Assembly: GCA_000934665.2 (NCBI GenBank)
Contig: KZ538148.1
Coordinates: 124,001-157,217, forward strand
Length of the DNA: 33,217 nt
Direction of reading: 5' to 3'
Source of the DNA: Catajapyx aquilonaris
Lineage: Eukaryota
Part shown: in pieces, positions 1-11,402 of the stretch
Layout: every line of letters starts with the position of its first letter
Position numbering within the stretch: position 1 is the stretch's first letter
Notes under the pieces: model-generated
Seen by the model: the letters and a program-made list of their open reading frames with translations, nothing else
Told to the model about the DNA's origin: nothing
Database searches by the model: none
Position numbers and translations under genes: made by a program

Positions 1-320
1 GTAGAGTGAAGTGTTCTCATCTACCAAACCCTGTTGGGGAAAACCCGAACTTTATGCAATCTAATGCTATTCAGCCTTAGCCAGAGGTTAGCATTACACT
101 ACTGGTGTGGGTGATTTGAAACGACCAGTGTAGGGTACTATAATTATTTTAGTGTGGTACAATTTTTTGAAGTTTTGGATAACAACTGGAGAACAAAAAT
201 ATAGAACAATTAGCACAGACAAATCAAAAAGAGTAGTGATATCATATATGGTTTCATGTCATAGGAAACAGTTGAAACCAGCCCACGGACACTACCCCTA
301 CACTCTTATCTTATCACCTC

Positions 321-603
321 CCGGGGTGTTTTGCATGAGGTGCTCACCTGAGAGCGCCATGAGACAGCTTTTCACTGCTGAATTATGTGGCGATCCTACT
401 GGACTACGCTGAACTTAGGTAGAAGGGAAGCCACTACATGGCCGCCCAATATGGCCGCCGGCGACCATGTTGGGTCCCCCAATGTAGCGCTTCCCTTTGT
501 GCCTATAAAGTTCAGCGTAGTCCAGTAGGGTCGCCACATAATTCGGCAGTGAAAAGCTGTCTCATGGCACTCTCAGGTGAGCACCTCATGCAAAACGCCC
601 TGG
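321..603. mobile_element. Palindromic MITE-like foldback element
   Basis: About 120-bp arms: ggggtgttttgcatgaggtgctcacctgagag...ctacgctgaact versus agttcagcgtag...ctctcaggtgagcacctcatgcaaaacgccc. TSD not clear. Confidence 0.8.
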
Positions 604-880
604 CAAGGGGTAGGTGGGAGTGACCAGACCTGAGTATCTAAGATCATGGTTGAAACTGATGTTGATACCAGTGAATACATTTTACTCCATCTGTAGTTTC
701 CCCATCAACTCATTAAAATACCCCAACAAAAAAGTATTATAATATTGTGGGCATGCAAGAAATATCCACTGCCATCAAAGGGTTAACACCAAATTTGTAG
801 GCCTGCCATCATATTTCTACCAATGAGCCAGATTTTTCTTGTCTGCATGCTGTTCACGTCAGTTTTTCACCTCCAGTTCT

Positions 881-970
881 GGGGTGGAATTTTCGTCCCT
901 AGCAGTACCAGTGTTGGCAATGGTACTGATAAGTTAGCAGTCACTATCAGTGAGACAAGAATTCCAACCC
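881..970. mobile_element. Small MITE (GGGTGGAATTTTCGTC family), internally deleted copy
   Basis: Shares termini and the agcagtacca...tggtactg core with 5006-5113. Confidence 0.7.
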
Positions 971-1232
971 TAGTTCACAGAAGTTGTCAAACATCTGTTA
1001 ATTACTTAATTCCACTAGACTTTAACAGGGAAGTAAAAATGCAGATCATTTCTGTGTTCCACAGGTTCTGCTACAGTCAGGTTTCACTACTTGTTTGAAG
1101 TCAGTCTACGCATACTTTACTTGAAAGGGATACTTGAAATAGTTACGGCGTTTATTTGTTCACAAGTAAATTTCCCATACAGAGTGCAAAGCTGCCTTCT
1201 GGCAATGAGCCTTGCTTTTACTATAGGCCCAA

Positions 1233-1564
1233 CCCGAAGTGGTACTGCGGTAACGTATGCGCCCATGGATGTTAAGGTCCCGGGATCAAATCCTGCCTGG
1301 GGACACCCCCTTCATCTCGTGCAGAGTTTAAGGCCATCTCTGACTTTATCTCAGGTGGTATTTCCAATTGACTAAACCACCTGGGGGAGTTCACAAAATG
1401 ACCTAAGCAACTGTACTGCACTGCACCTTGCACATCCCCTCCTGTCACTTTCCCTATCGCTCGTGGTACCCAGGCGTTATGGTAAAAGGACCATCTTATA
1501 CTAGCTGTACTACAAAGCAAAAAAAGGTACTGTGCCGGATGCCCATTGGGTGGAGCACTAAACC

Positions 1565-1599
<35 letters not shown>

Positions 1600-1600
1600 T
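1233..1600 (+). mobile_element. Probable tRNA-derived SINE (second family) with (TTA)n tail
   Basis: Box A-like TGGTACTGCGG and box B-like GGGATCAAATCC at tRNA spacing. (TTA)n microsatellite at about 1566-1597. No clear TSD. Confidence 0.55.
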
Positions 1601-1963
1601 ATACTAACCAGCCATAAGTTGGCATTTTCATATGGAAGGGTAAAACAAGTGACCTCGATCTGCAAGCTGATTGGTCGATAGGAGGCAGGAGCCCCTCCCC
1701 TTTTGCTGTAGAATGCCAGTCGGATTCCTGCCCGGAATGCTACAAGTGTATTGTGCTGTCAGAGTTTTTGCCCACTGTAGCATTCCCAACTCCTGCAATT
1801 GACCCCTCCCAGCTGCAGCAAGGTAGTGCTGTCACAGCACAATTTTTTGTAAAAAAAAGGTGCTTTGAGAACAGACCTTTAGGCCTGCCACAAACAGGGA
1901 AATGTGGGAGGGAGGCAACTTACATGCACATATCCAACTATTCATGTTGCCCGCTAGAGGGTA

Positions 1964-3150
1964 CAGTACCGGGCATAATAGCATATCATCAATGTAAATA
2001 ACGGCTTTGGCATTTACCTGGCAACCGGAGTGTTCGGACATCGGCATATGGAGAGTGCTTAGCATTCTTTCTATAGCCACTGTTTACAGGTAGTGATTGA
2101 TGCCGGGCGACCTAGCGACGGGTCTGCAGGCTTACTAATGCATGGCATCGAAATAAACGGGCTGAGGGGATATTATTTTGAGAAGGCGCTTTGTCATTAT
2201 CACACTATCGTCACTTTCCAGCACAAGTCAGGATGGAGTTACTGACTAATCGGGAAGGAGTCCGGTATGCTCTTGTCTGCCAATTTAATATAAGGTCCAC
2301 ATTGAATGTCATGCACTCCCAATCAAGTCCAGTGTAACAGGTGAAAGGGTGTGAAAGAGGGTGGATTGGGTACGGAACACATTTTCGTTCTGAATTACTG
2401 TTAGCATCTGAAATGTTGGATTTCTTCATCTTGTGAGATTCAGGTCTGACTCTCAGAACGTTTTGAAAATAACTGATTTATTTCCCAGTCACGATCAACA
2501 TCAACATAGTACCGTAGTAACCACCAGACATAACAACCAACTACTAGAACATCCCTCTCATCTTTCCGGCCATTCTGTAACTCCATCATTGTGGGAAGTG
2601 ACGATAGTGTGATAATAACAAAGCGCCTTCTCAAAAGAATGTCCCCTCTGCCCGCTTATGCCGATGCCATGCATTAGTAAGCCTGCAGACCGAAGCAGTA
2701 GTGGTGTAGTGGTATGGTGTCCGACTGCTAATCGGGAGGTCCTGGGTTCGAATCCCGGAGGCCGGCGACCCTGATCATGGTTTTCTGTGGTTTCCCATGG
2801 TCACCGCAGGATAATTCCAGAGTCGTTACCGTAATTATAGGCCACAGCCGCTTCCTTCCTTACCTATCCTTGCCTCAATTCCGATGAAAAGTATAGTAAA
2901 AATGGAAAGAGTTCCAGACAAAAAAATTGGGAGAAATCCCCCCCTAATAAAGCCTAAAGGGCTGATAATGGGGTATCAATTATATATATTTTTTTTAGTA
3001 AGCCTGCAGACCCATCGCTACCTCTAAACAGTGGCAACAATAGAAAGAACGCTAAGCACTCTCCATAAGCTGATATCCGAACACGCCCAGTTGCCATGTA
3101 ACACCAAAGCCGTTGTTTACATTTATGATATGCTATTATGCCCGGTAGTG
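1964..3150. mobile_element. TA-flanked long-TIR MITE (Tc1/mariner-like termini), right TIR interrupted by a SINE
   Basis: TA|cagtaccgggcataatagcatatcat ... atgatatgctattatgcccggtagtg|TA. Arms about 250 bp (1964-2220 versus 2592-2689 plus 3011-3150). Confidence 0.85.
2690..2994 (+). mobile_element. tRNA-derived SINE, family A
   Basis: Box A TGGTGTAGTGG, box B GGTTCGAATCC, body ggttttctgtggtttccc...ggccacagccgcttccttcc. 16-bp TSD ttagtaagcctgcaga (2674-2689 / 2995-3010). Confidence 0.92.
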
Positions 3151-3152
3151 TA

Positions 3153-3293
3153 TCAACAGTGCAAAAAGAACTGTCCCAGTCATCCTGACGTGTGGGCTGG
3201 CCGCTCGACACACACCATGTAAGTTACATGGTGTGTGTCGAGCGGGCAGCACACACATCAGGATGACTGGGACAATTCTTTTTGAACTGATGA
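3153..3293. repeat. Near-perfect ~140-bp palindrome (small MITE)
   Basis: Centre catgtaagttacatg. Arms aaaaagaactgtcccagtcatcctga..gctcgacacacacc versus ggtgtgtgtcgagc..tcaggatgactgggacaattcttttt. TA on both sides. Confidence 0.85.
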
Positions 3294-3623
3294 TACAAGT
3301 GTCGCGGCCCAATCCAGCCCATGCCACCACGCCCAGATTGGCTCCAAATTTCTTGGCTGCAAGAAATCTGCACGCGCACATTGCCCGAGGAGAGCGCATG
3401 TGCTTTGCCGTCCTGGGTGGGTGGGCAGGCAATAAGTTGCTCCCAAATTCCCCTGTTTGTGGCGGGACTTAGGCAAGGCGGTATTTTTTCTGTTGAATGG
3501 TTACTGCAGCAAAACTTATCTATAGCAAAGTTGCTCTGTTCTGTAAAAATGTTCCATGCTGAACATGTATACATTAATGGCATGACGTCATAGCCCAAAG
3601 GGCTCATTCATAGTAAACAAACA

Positions 3624-3914
3624 TAATATAATAATAATTCATACCCCGTTATATCAGCCATCAGCTCTTTAGGGGGGAAGTTTTGTTTTTGCCTGGAACT
3701 CTTTGCTTTTCATTTTACTGTGCTCTTTGGGATAGGATAGGGACGGAAGGAAGCGGCTGTGGCCTATTAATTACGGAAGCAACTCCGGAATTTTCCTGGA
3801 AGGACCGTGGGAAACCACAGAAAACCACGGTCAGAGTTGCCGGCCCCGGGATTTGATCCCAGGACCTCCCGATTAGCAGTCGGACACCATATCCCCTCCT
3901 CCAAACTGCTTCAG
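3624..3914 (-). mobile_element. tRNA-derived SINE, family A
   Basis: Reverse-complement homology to 2690-2994, (TAA)n tail, 16-bp TSD tcatagtaaacaaaca (3608-3623 / 3915-3930). Confidence 0.92.
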
Positions 3915-5005
3915 TCATAGTAAACAAACACTTACTGCACGAATTTAAACACACACAGCCCCCTGCCACATGTTTCCCTCTAAGTGGACGTGCAGCTGAA
4001 AACCATTTAAAAATTCCCGAAATTATGTGACGTTACTTTTTGCCAGGGAAAAAAATCTGAAAGATCTGTGAGGGGTAGGCAAACTTCCCTGGCACCATTG
4101 CGCCCGTGAAAGTGGCCTCGCTCCTAATTGGTCGGGTGCTTCGAGCTCTCGGCAGTGTCTGCTTGCCACTTGAGCCACTTTTTTTTTGTACCTGGTGACT
4201 CACAATACCTCCTTTTAAACCAGACATTCAAAATTTTTTAAACAGACACTTAATGTTTACATAGTTCATCAGAGGGACTGGGCAATCATATAGAATTATC
4301 CTGGATTTTTTTCGAGGGGTGGAAGCCGCCTTAAGAAAACACGTAGATGTTGCAATAGGATGACTTCTCGTGCATAGCATATTATGAGGCAGTAGATGGC
4401 TCTCTCAAGATGCAACTCAGGTTTTTAGGTCTCTGACGCTTCAGCCCCCGCTTGTGCATGAATCGAGAGCAAAACGAATGGTGCCAGATCCAGTGATTTT
4501 CACCTAGGGCGCTATTTTTAAACCCCCACCCATAGAGTGCATAATCGAGCAGGAGACAAAGGGTTAAATGTGACAAAACTCTGAGCAAAACCAGCACTGA
4601 CACAAAGCAAGTTCCCTAACTGGCAACTTTCTGCTGTATCCAATGTGTCTGCTACATGAAAGTTCACTATATCTTTATGGGTCAGTAGGAAAAATTGTTA
4701 TCCCATGGGTCATAACAGAAACCAGAGCTTTACATACTTTCAGGTGCAGTTGCATGATTGATAATAATACATCCTGAACAAATGGGTGATCCTGTTATTC
4801 CTGGTTTGTATCAATATTACCAACAACTAATAACACAATTTGTTCTGGATTCCTCTCTTGATCACGCAACCTAGCCTTACAGGATGCCCAACTTACCAAA
4901 TGCTCACTGCTTTTGTATACCATGTATGGAGGTTACAATTTTAAGCAACCACATTCTTTATGTAGTCCAGCCAATATTCAAGGGGCTAATGACTATGTAA
5001 ACCAA

Positions 5006-5113
5006 GGGTGGAATTTTCGTCTCACTGCTAGTTACTACTAACTCAGCAGTACCATTGCCAACACTGGTACTGCTAAATTAGCAGTAACTAGCAGTGGGAC
5101 GAAAATTCCACCC
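5006..5113. mobile_element. Small palindromic MITE (GGGTGGAATTTTCGTC family)
   Basis: gggtggaattttcgtctcactgctagttact...agtaactagcagtgggacgaaaattccaccc. Related copy at 881-970 and a lone terminus near 33105. Confidence 0.8.
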
Positions 5114-6388
5114 CAGGTGTACACTTGTCCATAAATCTCGGTATAAATTCCATAAATCCTTATGACAATACCATGAAACTCGCTTACACTGAAATGGTCA
5201 GTTGTTACCTGCTTGCCAATTTCTTGGAACCCACTGCACCCCCAACCTGAACATGATAACTGCACATGATAATTTCTGAAGTCCCTGGGAAAAGTGCCCT
5301 GCATCCCATTGGATGCATCTATTTCCGCCTAGAGAGGAGATAGGCATTTCAAGTGGGCTTTGTAAGGTGCCTGGAGTAATTGTAATAATGGCTGGCCATC
5401 ACTTCCCTACCTCCCACACAGCCAGAAACAGATGGGGACAATATGTTGTTGCTAATTTTAACCAGGGACACCCACGCAGTTGTTGTGCAAGAGTGTCAAA
5501 TGAAGTTTTCCAGGCAAAGAAAAATGCAGGTTACGTGGTCTCAGGTATTCAATTTCTGAAAAAGTCTTGTTAAGTATTTAAATCTATCATTCCTATTCCT
5601 GTATGAAGCCTCAGCGCCTCAATTATTCAGGGTATTCCAAGTTACAATGACACTCAGCACCTATAAACAGCTACACCAGCTTGTAAACATGTCCTTCCCC
5701 CACCACCCCTTTTTGTTTTTCAGACGTTTCAGAATTTTGGGCATGTATACACCATCCACGCAATGTGTACCAAATATCAACCTCCTACCTTGTCAAAATG
5801 TTGGAGAAAAACAGAGGACAGAAAAACATGGCTTTTATAATATAGAATTTTGTACTCATTGCCAATTTCAAACACATGGCTGACAAAGCTTTAAAAATGT
5901 CAGTCACACGTCAAATCCTGCCTTGACATCCATTATAATCATGGCATGGAAGGACAGCACCCATTATCACAAAATTCTTGCCACCCAATGAACAGTGCAC
6001 ATGCAACCTTCACTAATCCCAAGCAAAATTATAGTATAGCCTGTCTATAAAACACAAAGTATATGCCCCTGGAGATTTCCCCAAGATCCCAATATTTGAC
6101 CACAAAATCATGATACTTGGCCCTGACACGTTGGGATTACTGTAAAGAAACCCTTCTACATGGCCGCTTCAAAAATCTGAGGGTGCCAGATAGTTTTTGG
6201 TGGGTTGAGGGTTAGTTGTATGGGTCAAATTATGGCCTTTGGGAAAAACCAGGCAAGTCCCTTATGTTTTGGCATATACAATAATGCTAAAAGCCACTGA
6301 GAAGATCAGAGAATTCTAAATTATTTCACAACAGTACAGATAGTATAATAGGAATTGTAAAGCAGAGAATATTCAGGTTTCCATTTAC

Positions 6389-6584
6389 CTGCAGGAACTT
6401 TGTTAACAGAATAGACCATGGCTGTGGGTGGAAAGGTTGGGATTGGCACTTTGATGGTCTTAGCCTCGTGCTTGTGGTTCTGCGAGCCAGCACTGCTCAA
6501 CACAGAGGAAGTGGTAGAGGAACCAGAATCTCTTCGCTTGCTGTTGATGTACAACTTCACTTTCTGCTGAAGGTCAGCTGGGAG
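6389..6584 (-). CDS. TJAP1: TJAP1/BEGAIN-family protein, coding exon 5 (LPADLQQKV...KTIKVPIPTFPPTAMVYSVNKVPA); gene continues leftwards
   Basis: Acceptor ttttaacgcttggcag, donor G|gtaaat, 196 nt, in frame after ...MDS. No convincing downstream exon found in 1-6388. Confidence 0.82.
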
Positions 6585-6810
6585 CTGCCAAGCGTTAAAA
6601 TGCACTGTTACAGGCATTCAACGCTCAGTACACAGCAGGTAAAGAATGAGGGAGAGTTGCACATAAATAGTAGAACCCCATTTTCACCAGGTTTTGACCT
6701 CTCCCATCAACTTCTCCCCATCTCCCGCAAGCCCAAAACCTCATATCTACCTCCATCACCATGGAGAGCTAAGTTAGTGTGTGGACAACCATTGGGAATG
6801 TGACACTTAC

Positions 6811-6894
6811 CGAGTCCATCCTTTGTGATACAAAATTGGAAGGCTTGCACTGAAGGAGTTGGATAGCCACATTCACATCTGTTTTGTACCGCTC
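6811..6894 (-). CDS. TJAP1: TJAP1/BEGAIN-family protein, coding exon 4 (ERYKTDVNVAIQLLQCKPSNFVSQRMDS)
   Basis: Acceptor ttctag, donor TCG|gtaagt, 84 nt, phase 0/0. The ERY..D.N.A.QLLQC motif is characteristic of the family. Not present in the ORF track. Confidence 0.88.
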
Positions 6895-7315
6895 CTAGAA
6901 CATATATATTTTCAGTATATTTTGCCATTTTAAAAGTTGTATATTGTATACAGGGTCACCGTAAGTTACTGTGCATTGGAAGCATAGGCCCTACTTACCA
7001 ACTATGCCTTTCCCCCTACAGGAGATGTTGGAAATGGCTCCAATGGTCTTGCAAACATGTCTGCAAGGTCATGCATGTCCTCTCTTTCTCGCAATCTCTC
7101 TCAACTCCCAACACAATACTGTTATACGTACCACATTTCATAATTTCTCTTACAGTGCACAGTAACTTTACAGACTCTATATTTTATCCAATTTTACCAC
7201 TATGCCACTTAATGCATGAAAATACAGTAATAATAATGACAAAAATTACCCAGTCACATCACAACAGATGTGGGCACACTTGAAGCATAATGCTAGTCAA
7301 TAATAATTGGCTTAC

Positions 7316-7490
7316 ATTTTCCTCCTGCAAGTGATTGATCTGAACACGGGCCTCCACCAGTCTCTGAGTCAGGTTGGCCATATCTCGTGTTAGGGCCCCC
7401 TTTTCAGTCTCAAACTTATCCACAATTTTTAAAAGCTTGTCTTCCAGGCTCTGATTAACTTTCTGCAGTTTCTTGTGAGCATCGTACAAC
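7316..7490 (-). CDS. TJAP1: TJAP1/BEGAIN-family protein, coding exon 3 (RLYDAHKKLQKVNQSLEDKLLKIVDKFETEKGALTRDMANLTQRLVEARVQINHLQEEN)
   Basis: Acceptor tcctctatag, donor AAT|gtaagc. The NQxLEDKL...F..EK..L..LT..L.EA...I..L.EEN pattern matches the TJAP1/BEGAIN N-terminal coiled coil as I recall it. Confidence 0.88.
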
Positions 7491-7560
7491 CTATAGAGGA
7501 AATTCACAATTAATAACGGCAATCTACGCCAAATAATTACAGGGGTGAATTTGACAGTAC

Positions 7561-7769
7561 CTTTCATACTTCTCCTGCCAGACCAGAACTTCCTCATTCA
7601 GAGCTGCAAACTCCCCATTGGGATACTTGTCCGCCTCGCTTATCAGGTTACTCTCCATCTTGACGATGTGCGTATCTCTCTCCACCACTTGCTGCTTCAG
7701 GTTCTCAATCTCCCGATGCAAATGGAGATTACTATGGTCTTGGCAGCTGTTGCATCCACATCCACACTC
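7561..7769 (-). CDS. TJAP1: TJAP1/BEGAIN-family protein, coding exon 2 (ECGCGCNSCQDHSNLHLHREIENLKQQVVERDTHIVKMES...VWQEKYE)
   Basis: Acceptor ttttttctgttgagtag, donor AG|gtactg, 209 nt ending in phase 2. Coiled-coil-like composition. A 70-nt intron leads in frame to the next exon. Confidence 0.85.
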
Positions 7770-8792
7770 CTACTCAACAGAAAAAATAACACATGTCGGA
7801 TCACAGGTAACCCAAGTGGCTTTATGCCATGCATCAAGTGGATGACAATCCCATCCATTACATCTGCCAATCGCCCCAGCTGTCCTTCCTTCCTACCATC
7901 TGCAAGACTGGCCTAGTACCATTTATGATCGGATTTCATTACTAAGTAGAGCATGAGGAGGAATGCTATTTGATTTTTTTTTTTTTTGAAAAAAGCACCG
8001 TGCCAAGACCTGGTTTCCTACATATAAAAAGTGGGTGTTTAGGCATGCGTGAAGGTATGAGTGATGCCCAGGCGATCATGAAGTGGATAGCGTGCTTTTC
8101 CAGCCCCTTGATCCCCCACGCCAAATCTCCTCTTCAAAGTACCCCCAACACCCCCTCCCCCTAACTCCTTGCTTTTATTTTCGCTTCCCCTACGCGCCAA
8201 ATATCGATCGGCTGCGGGGATGCTTTCCAAGATCTTTCCCTCATCGTTGCCAACACTTTTTTCTTTTTTTTTTCCTACGCGGAAATGCACCCGCCACGTA
8301 TTTCATTCCGCTCGACTCGTCCGGCTTTCCTTTTCAACGCAACTGTCCGCGGGACAAGACAGTGATGTCACTTACAGTAGCCATTGGCTAACAATAGTTT
8401 CGAAAGATAAAGTTTACCCTTCCCCCTATCCCCGAGCCTCCAGTCCAGTCAAGGCCAGCAATTATCAACCCGGTTTTCCCACAAGTGACATAAATAGACG
8501 CGATATGACCCACGTAATGGGTGGCTGAACGAGATTTGGGGTGCCTGACGCGCGGACAGACGGCTGCGAGGGGATTAAAATTCATGCGCGGTCACAACGG
8601 GCGAGATAAAATTCCTGAGACGCACGTACGTCTGCAAAACGGCAATTGGCACACAGTAATATTTGACTACCGTAAAATCGGACGGAACATGCAGTACGTT
8701 ATTTTTAAAAAAACATACGTTAGCCACTACCACATTTGACTACGATTGCACCATTTAAAAATATAATTGAACACAATCTCAATGGGTCATAC

Positions 8793-8819
8793 CTTGCATG
8801 TGAGGTCCTCGGACAACAT
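8793..8819 (-). CDS. TJAP1: TJAP1/BEGAIN-family coiled-coil protein, probable first coding exon (MLSEDLTCK)
   Basis: Minus-strand gagccATG start context, 27 nt, then donor AAG|gtatga. Phase 0 joins the next exon to give ...TCKECGCGC. Short exon, so less certain. Confidence 0.65.
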
Positions 8820-9479
8820 GGCTCAGGGTGTGAGGCTACAGATTGCGTTCAGCAAGTGCTCGGGGTAGTTCCCGCAGTAATTACGGGCAGCTATATACGG
8901 AGTAGAACAAGAATGTGGGCAATTATCAACCAGCGACACTGCACCATGGCCAACAGTACTTACCAGCTTTGGCGAAGCTACACTTGCCCCCTGCAGAACC
9001 AGAGCCTGGCCGACTACCACCGACCTTTCATCCGGTGTAAGTGTGTAACACGCACTGAGCGAGTGAGGCCGTTCGACGTTTACATCTGCAGCAGCAGACC
9101 ACCATCATCACAAACTGGTGGTGAACTGGCTCAACATTAGTCAAGTGGTGCCTCTCCGAAACGTCATAGCCTATGACGTCACCCTCAAGAACACCCCCTG
9201 CTTCTTAAATACTATTTGGGTGCCCCTTTTTATCCTAAATATGGAGCCAAATTTTTAAATATTATGTCATGCCGGAGGTGGTTATATCAGGCGGTTTTGT
9301 GTGTGGGCAAAATCGATTCTGCAAAGTCTCTTGTGGATGGAGAAGGTTTGGTCAATCCTTTGCTCCTGTCACAGGAGAAATATGCATTATGTGATAGAGG
9401 CGGGAAATTTGCTATAGATGCAATCAGCGTATTTATTATCCTGCCAGAGCAATATTATGACTATGTAAGTGCACGGAAA

Positions 9480-9606
9480 GGGCCGGTTTCACCGAGCTTG
9501 GTATATGATAAAACCAGGTTTCTTTAGGAAAATCCATACAAATAGATAGGGATTTTGAGAAATATACCCTGGTTTTATCATATACTGAGCTCGGTGAAAC
9601 CGGCCC
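9480..9606. mobile_element. MITE with ~40-bp TIRs (GGGCC termini, Harbinger/Tourist-like)
   Basis: gggccggtttcaccgagcttggtatatgataaaaccagg ... cctggttttatcatatactgagctcggtgaaaccggccc|taa. Left flank aaa, so the TSD is imperfect. Confidence 0.8.
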
Positions 9607-10658
9607 TAAGTGAATATTTTATTATGTATTTGGAATCTGGAAATCGAGTTTTCCTCGTGTAAAACAGTGACGCATATGTAGATGAAGTACAGTAAACATT
9701 CAGAGGGCAATGGGCATGAACAGCACAATGACATTCGCTGATCAGCATTCAGTAAATATTAATGTGTTACTGATTGTCATCTCATGTAAAGTCAAGAGGC
9801 AGGCCTACTGGTAAGCACTGAAACTCATGGTCAGTCCAGACGCGACAGCAGCGAACTACATTCGTAAATAAAAATTGGTTTACCAAAGCAACCAAAGCAC
9901 TAATGACCAGTGAACGTCATATTATATTGCCATTGTTCTTTGAATGCTCATTGAAAGTTGATGTGTTCAATTCTTTACATACATAAATTATTTTGTGAAA
10001 CTTTAATATATATTAATGGACTTATTTTCATCTACTGCATAAAACTTGTTATTTAGTGTTATGGAGGTTCAATATTAATATACATGCATTCATTTGACAT
10101 TATTATTATGCATTCATTTGACATTTAAATGGTCACATACTAACATTGACAGATGGAACCACCCCCAATATACTGCTGAAGGAGCTGAACAGCCACTAGA
10201 TGTTATTAGCTCTTGATGTTCACAGTCAACATTTGCTGTATCAGATATGGGACAGTGACTGGACCGGACTGGGGATTCCTGAACGTTCACTGAAAATTTG
10301 TGTGTTACTAGAGATTAATATTCACTGGAGTTCGGGCGCGTAGGCCAAAGATACTGGCGTAGGCCTACTGGCCTAGCTATTGCTGGCAATACATCTATCG
10401 CCGCCACCGCGACGACAACCGCCGCTTCTTGCTTATTAAAAAAAAAAAAAAAAGCCATCGCTTACAGGATTTATTATCATCAGTTGACTACTGCAGTTGA
10501 CTATCTGGGTAATTATCATAACTGGCCTGGCCATCCAAGAACATTGTCCCAATATGCTCCATGACAAGATACACATGGAAGGCCGATGCTGCGGTCGATC
10601 TGTGAAATAAAAAAAGGGTGCGGCACCATGTGGACTCAACATGTCGGCGTTTATTGAT

Positions 10659-10707
10659 CGCCATCTTGGAAACGACCAAACCTCCTAGTTCGGGAATGCC
10701 ATTTTGG
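10659..10707. promoter_or_regulatory. Paired YY1/Pho-like motifs in the putative promoter between the divergent genes
   Basis: CGCCATCTTGG at 10659-10669 and GCCATTTTGG at 10698-10707 match the GCCATnTT core, about 280-320 bp upstream of the RBM25 ATG in a CpG-richer segment. Confidence 0.4.
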
Positions 10708-10980
10708 TGTAGGGGGAGAGCTTTGCCCCACTCCTTGTGGCATTTTTTATTCGTTCTTCTTCAAGTTTGTGTGCCTCCATCCTTCTATCATCCATTGGAA
10801 ACAAACCGTAACTTATTAGAGCAGCGGACGGTGTAACCACTGTTTTCCGCGCAGCCGAGCCGTCGAGTGTTAACATTGTTAACTAGTGTAAGTATACAAT
10901 CGTGGTGTTTGAATCAGCACAGGAATCGAAGTAGCTCTTCCTTCTTCGTTCCTTGCAGTTCCAGTGGTAGTTGAGCCGAG

Positions 10981-11068
10981 ATGTCGTTTCCTCCACGACC
11001 ACCGATGATGCCAGGAATGCCCCTTCCTCCAGGGGCCATGGCCATGCCCTACATGGCTGGCCTTGGCG
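10981..11068 (+). CDS. RBM25: RNA-binding protein 25, exon 1 (MSFPPRPPMMPGMPLPPGAMAMPYMAGLG)
   Basis: MSFPP Pro/Met-rich start typical of RBM25. Donor G|gtacgt, phase 1, compatible with exon 2. Confidence 0.88.
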
Positions 11069-11402
11069 GTACGTTTTGTATGTTGACACTTCTGATTTTC
11101 GCCACACCTTTTGAGGGGACCAACAAGGCAGCACATTATTTTGCGTCAGATGGGATTGTACAGTTAAATCCAATTATAAATGCTTTTGAGTAACTTGGGA
11201 TGGAATGAGGCACCTCAGACTAGGATGACTTTCACGAACCGCACTGCTAAGAAATTTTGATTTTTAAATAGAAGGCAGAATTGAGATGATTATTCAGGTG
11301 GGGTTTTAAGGTTATGGTAAATGCAGCTGTATTGGCCAATGAGAAAATCTACAATTTCACTAGGACAGTGATTGTCATGACATGCAAATTTTCTAACCCT
11401 AA

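Larger units (their letters stand above)
1882..3468. mobile_element. Outer MITE with TTA target duplication (PIF/Harbinger-like), host to nested insertions
   Basis: ggcctgccacaaacagggaaatgtgggag..gcaactta versus taagttgctcccaaattcccctgtttgtggcgggac. TTA at 1879-1881 and 3469-3471. Confidence 0.65.

Noticed and set aside
630..690. Possible next minus-strand exon of the TJAP1-like gene (ctacag|ATGGAG...CTCAG|gtctgg)
   Set aside because: In the required phase it reaches a stop after about 15 codons, shows no family similarity, and has a weak donor.
2692..2770. Apparent tRNA-Ser(GCT) gene, also at about 16527-16605
   Set aside because: The acceptor stem is broken, there is no oligo-T terminator directly after it, and it continues into a multi-copy SINE body bounded by TSDs.
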